Shown here: positions 58,088 to 64,000 of the stretch, one piece after another | Position numbering within the stretch: the stretch's first letter is position 1 | Layout of the letters: each line of letters starts with the position of its first letter | Source of the DNA: Candidatus Bathyarchaeia archaeon | GTDB taxonomy: Archaea > Thermoproteota > Bathyarchaeia > Bathyarchaeales > Bathycorpusculaceae | Direction of reading: 5' to 3' | DNA: 64,000 nucleotides | Assembly: GCA_038882975.1 (NCBI GenBank) | Contig: JAVZNE010000001.1 | Span: 128,001 to 192,000, forward strand | Notes under the pieces: generated by a model | What the model saw: the letters and a program-made list of their open reading frames with translations, nothing else | Database searches by the model: none | What the model was told of the DNA's origin: nothing | Position numbers and translations under genes: made by a program

Positions 58088-59047
58088 TTAACCAGATGAA
58101 AATCTTATGGGCTTTTCGAGTCTGCTCAACAATACTACACGGCTTTCTTCTGATTCATCTATAACCCTATAGCTCGTGGCGTTTGCAATTTGTAAGGCAA
58201 ATTCGCGTATTTCTTTGTGACTTGGCATACCTTCATAGCCCAATCGCAATCTTGAAAAACCAACATGCATGTAGGCTTTAGGCTCAACGTATGTGGGGTT
58301 AGCCTTCTCTATAAGCTTAGCATATTCCTCAACATTCCCCATGTTTAGACCGCGCACAGCAGTTATGCGGATCACTGTTGGACAGTTAAAACTTTTTAGA
58401 AGCTCTAATGTTTCGTTAAGCCTCACCCAAGCATCTGCGGCTATGGGACGACAAACTTTCCGATGAATTTCCTTGTTTGGAGCGCATACGGAAATGTAAA
58501 GCTGGGTTGGCTCATGGCTTAGTTTAGCCAGAGCAGATGGGACAGTGCCGTTTGACACCAGAAAAGTGGTGAAACCCCTTTCGTGAAAGGCATATATAAG
58601 TTCGCCTATAGGCTCATAGAGGGTTGGCTCTCCAGTTAAGCTTATCGCCGCGTGCCTCGGTCTTAGGGCTTCCTTAAACTTTTGAGGATCTGCCTTCGGA
58701 TTTCCCTTATACCCGCTTAAGATTTTAAGCTGCGCTTCTATGCTCCCCTCTACAATTTCTTCTGGGGGATCCCATTTTGGCAGTTTAGTCTCTTCCCATG
58801 TGATTTGGAGGTCTCCGCTCTGGGCCCTCCAGCAGAAGAGGCATCTCTGCGTGCAATAGAAAAGCGATGGTGTCATCTGAATGCACTGGTGGGATTTTAT
58901 TCCGTAAAACTTCTGCTTGTAACATGGTCTATTGTGGATGAGGCTTTCATAAAGCCATCTGCACCTTTTGACAGCCGAATGTCTTCCGACAATGTGGTAT
59001 TTATGTTTCTTCAACGCTTTAACAAGAGCTTCTGGAACGAGACTCAT
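58088..59047 (-). CDS. taw1: 4-demethylwyosine synthase (radical SAM) Taw1/TYW1
   Basis: CYKQKFYGI, CTQRCLFCWR, ISLTGEPT, EPKAYM. Confidence 0.96.
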   Translation of the reverse strand: MSLVPEALVKALKKHKYHIVGRHSAVKRCRWLYESLIHNRPCYKQKFYGIKSHQCIQMTPSLFYCTQRCLFCWRAQSGDLQITWEETKLPKWDPPEEIVEGSIEAQLKILSGYKGNPKADPQKFKEALRPRHAAISLTGEPTLYEPIGELIYAFHERGFTTFLVSNGTVPSALAKLSHEPTQLYISVCAPNKEIHRKVCRPIAADAWVRLNETLELLKSFNCPTVIRITAVRGLNMGNVEEYAKLIEKANPTYVEPKAYMHVGFSRLRLGYEGMPSHKEIREFALQIANATSYRVIDESEESRVVLLSRLEKPIRFSSG

Positions 59048-59114
59048 TATGACGCCACTAAAGGCTTTTCCATTCGTCTAAAATCTTAAACAAGTTTTAT
59101 AAAAAGTGTCCTTT

Positions 59115-60314
59115 TCACTGCATAAAACAATATTTAATGCTTTGGAATACTGAGCACAATTTTGCTACTTCACCCTTGATTATCTCTGGATCTTCTCCAT
59201 CCAAAACTGCCCTTTTAATAAGCTCGGCTATTTTTGCCATCTCCTCCTCCCTCATTCCACGCCTTGTAACCTCGCATGTTCCAAGCCTTATGACGCAGTC
59301 TACAATTATGTTTGCCCGCTGAAGTTTTTCGGCTATCTCCCTGCCCCGCACATAATTCCCAAAGTCCAAGATAACTTGGTGAGACTGGGTAAAGCCTAGA
59401 TGCGAGCATTTAACTGGAAAACCATAGTCGTGCAGGTTTTTGGCTAAAGCCTTCGCGTTGCGGATGACTTGCTCCGCATATTCCTTGCCAAACTCCTTCA
59501 TTTCTGCAAGTGCCAAAGTTAATGCTGCAATGCGGTTCCAATGGGCGTTATCCACAAACCTAGGGTAAATCTTAGCTTTCAAGGCTTCGCCATGCTCTTT
59601 ATCGGCAAGAATTATGCCGCCTTGCGGTCCGAAAAAGGACTTATGCGTAGAGCCAAAAAGGGCATGTGCGCCCTCCCTTAACGGGTCTTGAAATTGTTTT
59701 CCAGCGATAAGTCCCAAAACATGGGAACCATCGAAACCCACACGCGCACCAAATTCTCGGGCAATGCTTGCTAACTCTTTAACGGGATGAGGAAAGGTTA
59801 TTAGGCTTGCTCCAAAAATTATGAGTTTAGGCTTTATACGTCTAATAGTTTCTTCGGCTTTTCCAACATCGATTTTCATGTCATCTTTAACAAAGGGAAA
59901 TGGAACCGGCTTTAAACCCAAAAACCCAGCTAATCCGTCATGCCACAATCCAGGATAGCCGCCATCTTCTGGAGAGACACTCACGAGCACATCACCTGGC
60001 TTAGAGAAACAAGCTACAAAAATCATGTCGGCAACATGTCCAGAAAGCGGACGCAAATCAGCAGTTTCGGCTCCAAAAACGTCTTTTGCTAGTTCCTCGC
60101 CAAACTGCTCAATCTCGTCCATAAATTTCGTGCCCATGTAAAAGCGGTCTCTGGCAGTATAGCGGTTTCCAAGCTCGGAGCTAAGGAGACTGCGCACAGC
60201 AGGGCTCATAACATTCTCTGATGGAATAAGGTTTAGGCATTCTTTTCCACGCCAATTTTCATGCCTTTCAACAAGAGCTAATATCTCACTAATCATCGAG
60301 GGGAGCCCCCGCAT
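59115..60314 (-). CDS. Serine hydroxymethyltransferase-like PLP enzyme (divergent)
   Basis: LIPSEN, DGSHVLGL, STHKSFFGPQGG, IRLGT; several canonical motifs altered. Confidence 0.8.
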   Translation of the reverse strand: MRGLPSMISEILALVERHENWRGKECLNLIPSENVMSPAVRSLLSSELGNRYTARDRFYMGTKFMDEIEQFGEELAKDVFGAETADLRPLSGHVADMIFVACFSKPGDVLVSVSPEDGGYPGLWHDGLAGFLGLKPVPFPFVKDDMKIDVGKAEETIRRIKPKLIIFGASLITFPHPVKELASIAREFGARVGFDGSHVLGLIAGKQFQDPLREGAHALFGSTHKSFFGPQGGIILADKEHGEALKAKIYPRFVDNAHWNRIAALTLALAEMKEFGKEYAEQVIRNAKALAKNLHDYGFPVKCSHLGFTQSHQVILDFGNYVRGREIAEKLQRANIIVDCVIRLGTCEVTRRGMREEEMAKIAELIKRAVLDGEDPEIIKGEVAKLCSVFQSIKYCFMQ

Positions 60315-60419
60315 ACGCTATCCTTTTTGGCAATAACTGTTTAAATGGCTTACCTACAAAGGTAAAGTTTAAAATGTTCCCTTTATAGTAAATGTTTCAC
60401 ATCACCAATAACTTTAGGA

Positions 60420-62537
60420 GTGTTGGAGAGTAGCAGCTTGAAAAGGAAGACCGCTATAATTGCGCTGATAATTCTATTAACCTTAACAATTTTCGCACAG
60501 ATAATTTCTCCACGTGTAAGTGCTGTTGACGTAAAAATTACTTCTATCACACCTTCAACTCAACGGGGGAAAGTTGGAGACAAAGTTTACGTTATTGGAA
60601 CGATAAATAGCACAGACGGCCCATATCAAATATGGTTTGACAACATTCTTATAAAAAGTGAAAATGCCTCAGGAAATAATGTAAACTGTTCATTTATTGT
60701 ACCCCCGCTTCTGCCTAAAAACTACACATTAATTTTACGCGATGTTGTGAAAAACTTAAATGCAACATCATGGTTCATTGTGGAGACAAACTACGTTCTC
60801 AACATAGTAAATAAACCGGATTATCCAAAACAGCTACAGCAAAAGGAAAAAGTCAACATTTCAATAGGCATAACTGGAGGGAATGCAAGCACCATTTACA
60901 GCGTAAACGTTACAGTTAAAACTCCTGCCAACAAAACATACTCAAAAGAAGTACAACTTCTAACAAAGGATGATGGAACAGGAAACGCAACAGTAGTATA
61001 CCCTTTTGAAAACGCCCAAGACTCCAATACGAATTATACGGGAACCTATACGGTTACGGCTAATTTTAGCGGAATTTTGGTTTCTGACACGTTCATTGTA
61101 GGATTAACAGATAGCGCAGAATATCATAGACTCCAAAACGTGGATATTAAGGCGGCATACGCGCCTTATGAAAACGTTACGCTAACAATAATGGGAAAGG
61201 GCGCATATCATTCCATAAATCTAACGGCGGACAATGAAGGCATAGTTCATTATACTGGGTGGTCTGTCCCTCAAAATGCCACCATAGGATCATATCAAGT
61301 TAGCATAAAATCTATGTCAAATATAACGAGGAAAACGCCTCCGGACGTCCAAAACTTCACGGTTCCTGGCTTTAAAATTGAAATTTGTACGCGTAACCTC
61401 GCCAGTGAAGTTGTTTCAAATGTTACCTTAAGAACGTATGATTTGTGGGCGAATAAGACCTATAGTGATGTGGTAAGCAACAGAACTGGTTTTGCAATTT
61501 TAACACTGGAAGTTGGCGAATACAACTTTACTGTGTATTATAGAGGAGTTAAAGTCAATCAAACTTCAGTTTTTATAAACCAAGAGAGAACATTTAACAT
61601 CACGTGTCAGCTTACAAACCTTAGAGTAAGGGTAGTGAGCGCACAAAATATGGCAATAACTATCCCCTTTGTAAATGTAACTCTATCCTGCAGCTTTACT
61701 AGAGATTTAGATGGAAAAATGGATAAATACGTTAATTTTACCCTAACCGACATTACAGGGACAGCATGGTTCCACTCACTTTTGCCAAATGTAAACCACA
61801 TAATTGTTGCCTCGCGATACGGAAGAAACTTTAACCAAACAATTTACAAAGTGGAGCAGTATGCGTGGAATGTCCTAAACGTAACTTGCCCCGTATTTCC
61901 AATGCACGTAAACGTTTTCGACGGTGAGGGTAACCCTATAGAAGGTGCCACTGTTGAAGCATTCGATTTAGAGGTTGGTGCACAATATAGCAACCGCACA
62001 AACCGCAACGGAAACGCGGTCCTCAACTGCATTTTCGGAAAATACAATGTTAAGATCTATTTCAACAGAATATTATTGAATAAAACAAAAATGCCAGTTG
62101 TATTATTTGGCGAAAACGTCACATCGCCATTTTACTGCATCCTTTACAATCTACCAATTCACGTTAAAGTGGTTGACTATTTTGGGCAGCCAATTCAAAA
62201 TGCGAACGTAACCCTAGAAAGGAATGGTGTCAAAATAAATTCAAGCATCACTGGAGCAGGCGGTGTAGCCACTTTTAGGGAAATTGGCGGAACATTAACA
62301 ATAAAAGTCTATTTGACGAACCAAAACTTGCCGGAAGCTACGCTTACAGCTTATATTGGCGAGAAAAGGGACCATTCAAATCCAGTCGTGGTTAAACTGG
62401 GGAATTATGTTGTTCTAGCAGGCTTTTTGGTTGATACAGCCCAGTTTGCCATGATCATCTTAATCCTAGCTACGATGGTGCTGGTTGCAATAATAGAGAT
62501 TGCGAGAAGACGGTTTAAAGGCAAAGTTTCAAGTTAG
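60420..62537 (+). CDS. Cell-surface glycoprotein with beta-sandwich (carboxypeptidase-regulatory-like) repeats
   Basis: Signal peptide, many N-x-S/T sequons, DGEGNPIEGATV and DYFGQPIQNANV repeats, C-terminal TM + RRRFK. Confidence 0.75.
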   Translation: MLESSSLKRKTAIIALIILLTLTIFAQIISPRVSAVDVKITSITPSTQRGKVGDKVYVIGTINSTDGPYQIWFDNILIKSENASGNNVNCSFIVPPLLPKNYTLILRDVVKNLNATSWFIVETNYVLNIVNKPDYPKQLQQKEKVNISIGITGGNASTIYSVNVTVKTPANKTYSKEVQLLTKDDGTGNATVVYPFENAQDSNTNYTGTYTVTANFSGILVSDTFIVGLTDSAEYHRLQNVDIKAAYAPYENVTLTIMGKGAYHSINLTADNEGIVHYTGWSVPQNATIGSYQVSIKSMSNITRKTPPDVQNFTVPGFKIEICTRNLASEVVSNVTLRTYDLWANKTYSDVVSNRTGFAILTLEVGEYNFTVYYRGVKVNQTSVFINQERTFNITCQLTNLRVRVVSAQNMAITIPFVNVTLSCSFTRDLDGKMDKYVNFTLTDITGTAWFHSLLPNVNHIIVASRYGRNFNQTIYKVEQYAWNVLNVTCPVFPMHVNVFDGEGNPIEGATVEAFDLEVGAQYSNRTNRNGNAVLNCIFGKYNVKIYFNRILLNKTKMPVVLFGENVTSPFYCILYNLPIHVKVVDYFGQPIQNANVTLERNGVKINSSITGAGGVATFREIGGTLTIKVYLTNQNLPEATLTAYIGEKRDHSNPVVVKLGNYVVLAGFLVDTAQFAMIILILATMVLVAIIEIARRRFKGKVSS

Positions 62538-62652
62538 AGTTTGAATATTGAGTTTTATGGGAAAAACTTTATATCAAAATGTTGTGGAACATATTACAAG
62601 AAGAAGCTTTGGAAACTGAAATTTTAGAATAATTGGAAAGGTTGTATACACA

Positions 62653-62940
62653 TTGGCGCAGGTAAAGATGTGTTCTCCCACATGCGAACTCTTCAAATGT
62701 GGCAAAAACGCTGCTGTTTACCGCCGAAATGGAGTTTGGTGCCGCTGGACAGAGGATATGTGCAACGTGGCAAATTGTTCCTATGCACTTTGCACAAAAA
62801 GAAGACTCCTCCCACGGGGGATATGCGGAGAAACCGTTAAGAGAAAAACAACCGAAAAACAGCCAGAAGAGGTTGTTGGACCAACAATAAAGCTCCGAGG
62901 AAGAGCCCTACGTAAAATAGGAGAAAGAGAACTATTCTAA
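62653..62940 (+). CDS. Cys-rich conserved hypothetical protein
   Basis: CSPTCELFKC..C..C..C..C..C; TTG start after SD-like sequence. Confidence 0.7.
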   Translation: MAQVKMCSPTCELFKCGKNAAVYRRNGVWCRWTEDMCNVANCSYALCTKRRLLPRGICGETVKRKTTEKQPEEVVGPTIKLRGRALRKIGERELF

Positions 62941-63001
62941 ACTAAACCATGTGATCTTAAGCTTTCAAGTAACTGTGCTTTAAGAATGAGCCTACCGGAT
63001 A

Positions 63002-63169
63002 CTATTTTGCTTGGACCCGCTTAACAACGGGCGGCCTTATTTTTTTTAAAACTCTGTAGCCGCATACGGTGCATTTTATTTCTCCGCCGCGAAGCTCAAG
63101 CTCCTCTGTAGAAACCTTTGCCCCACACCTCAGGCACTCGTAAACTATTCCTGTTGTTATTTTCTCCAT
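63002..63169 (-). CDS. rpo12: DNA-directed RNA polymerase subunit P (Rpo12)
   Basis: 55 aa, below ORF-track cutoff: YECLRCG..IKCTVCGYRVLKKIRPPVVK. Confidence 0.93.
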   Translation of the reverse strand: MEKITTGIVYECLRCGAKVSTEELELRGGEIKCTVCGYRVLKKIRPPVVKRVQAK

Positions 63170-63247
63170 GATGGCCACTCTCTCATTATAGAGGGGTTTT
63201 TGCTTTTAAGTATTTCCAATACAACTAATATCGTAGTGAGGTTATCA

Positions 63248-64000
63248 ATGAAAAAGCGCTTAAAGACGCTCTTGTTGGAAATTCTTCCACCAGAGGAATT
63301 ATCCAACATCTACAATTCCTACGATATTGTTGGGGACATAGCCATCATACGCTTGACTGAAAAATCCGCGAAATATAGCCAAATAATTGCTGAAACCATC
63401 ATGAAAGTTCATAAGAACATTAAAACCGTCTTAGCGCAGACAAGCCCTGTTCACGGGGATTATAGACTTAGGAAACTGGAGCATATAGCCGGAGAAAAAA
63501 GAACAACAACCATCCATAAAGAGTCTGGATGCCTCTTTTCAGTGGACATTAACAAGTGCTATTTTTCTCCCAGACTCTTCTACGAGAGGATGCGGATTGC
63601 TAAACTTGTTAGGGATGGAGAAAACGTCGTGAACATGTTTGCTGGGGTAGGGTGCTTCTCGCTGGTGATTGCCAAACACTCAAACGCCGCAAAAATCTAC
63701 TCAATAGACGTTAACCCAACAGCCATTCGGTATATGAAGGAGAACGTTAAGCTGAACAGAGCCTTTGGCAGAGTTATCCCAATAGAGGGAGACGCTAAAG
63801 AGATTATCCAAAAAATGCTGCATAACGTAGCCGATAGAGTGTTAATGCCACTGCCAGAAAAAGCCTTGGAATATCTACCCTACGCCCTCTTAGCTCTAAA
63901 AGAGGGCGGCGGTTGGATACACTACTACGATTTTGAACATGCTGGTAAAGGGGAAAACGCCATTGAAAAAACTAAATTGAAAGTTGCACAAAAACTTGAA
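63248..64000 (+). CDS. trm5: tRNA (guanine37-N1) methyltransferase Trm5 family (3'-truncated by window)
   Basis: SYDIVGDIA, YFSPRL..ER, MFAGVG, DVNP, ADRVLMPLP. Confidence 0.9.
   Translation, partial: MKKRLKTLLLEILPPEELSNIYNSYDIVGDIAIIRLTEKSAKYSQIIAETIMKVHKNIKTVLAQTSPVHGDYRLRKLEHIAGEKRTTTIHKESGCLFSVDINKCYFSPRLFYERMRIAKLVRDGENVVNMFAGVGCFSLVIAKHSNAAKIYSIDVNPTAIRYMKENVKLNRAFGRVIPIEGDAKEIIQKMLHNVADRVLMPLPEKALEYLPYALLALKEGGGWIHYYDFEHAGKGENAIEKTKLKVAQKLE

Noticed and set aside
1-64000. CRISPR arrays, transposases, integrases, rRNA
   Set aside because: None recognised; no regular repeat-spacer pattern seen, and no att-like duplication of either tRNA 3' end noticed.

Overview
Archaeal chromosomal window from the TACK group, most likely Bathyarchaeia. 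This is inferred from rpl13e, Gins51 plus Gins23, a thaumarchaeosortase-like protein and lineage-type Cys/His zinc-finger proteins. Most of the window is housekeeping: rpl15e-rpl13e-RNase P subunits, PCNA-priL, priS-gins-rpl44e-rps27e-aIF2a-nop10-PAC2, mcm-gins23, rfcS-rfcL, taw1, trm5, rpo12, tRNA-Val(GAC) and tRNA-Ser(UGA). Six features stand out. (1) A glutamate/nitrogen locus at 45.1-52.9 kb has two inverted GDH genes, one with a duplicated N-terminal extension. It also has an FMN glutamate-synthase-family gene, a degenerate KaiC/RAD55 protein and a 651-aa RHH + V4R-like putative regulator. Its three intergenic regions carry nine copies of a TG(A/T)ACA box. (2) A ParB/Srx (SerK-like) domain is fused to an O-phosphoserine sulfhydrylase, with a tandem palindromic operator and a divergent regulator. 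(3) An AT-rich glycosylation/archaeosortase island lies between priL and priS. (4) A C/D-box-like sRNA has mutually complementary guides. (5) An SHMT homologue has lost folate-site motifs. (6) Several ORFs were missed by the ORF track, one possibly starting at ACG. All calls are from reading the sequence; no database searches were run.
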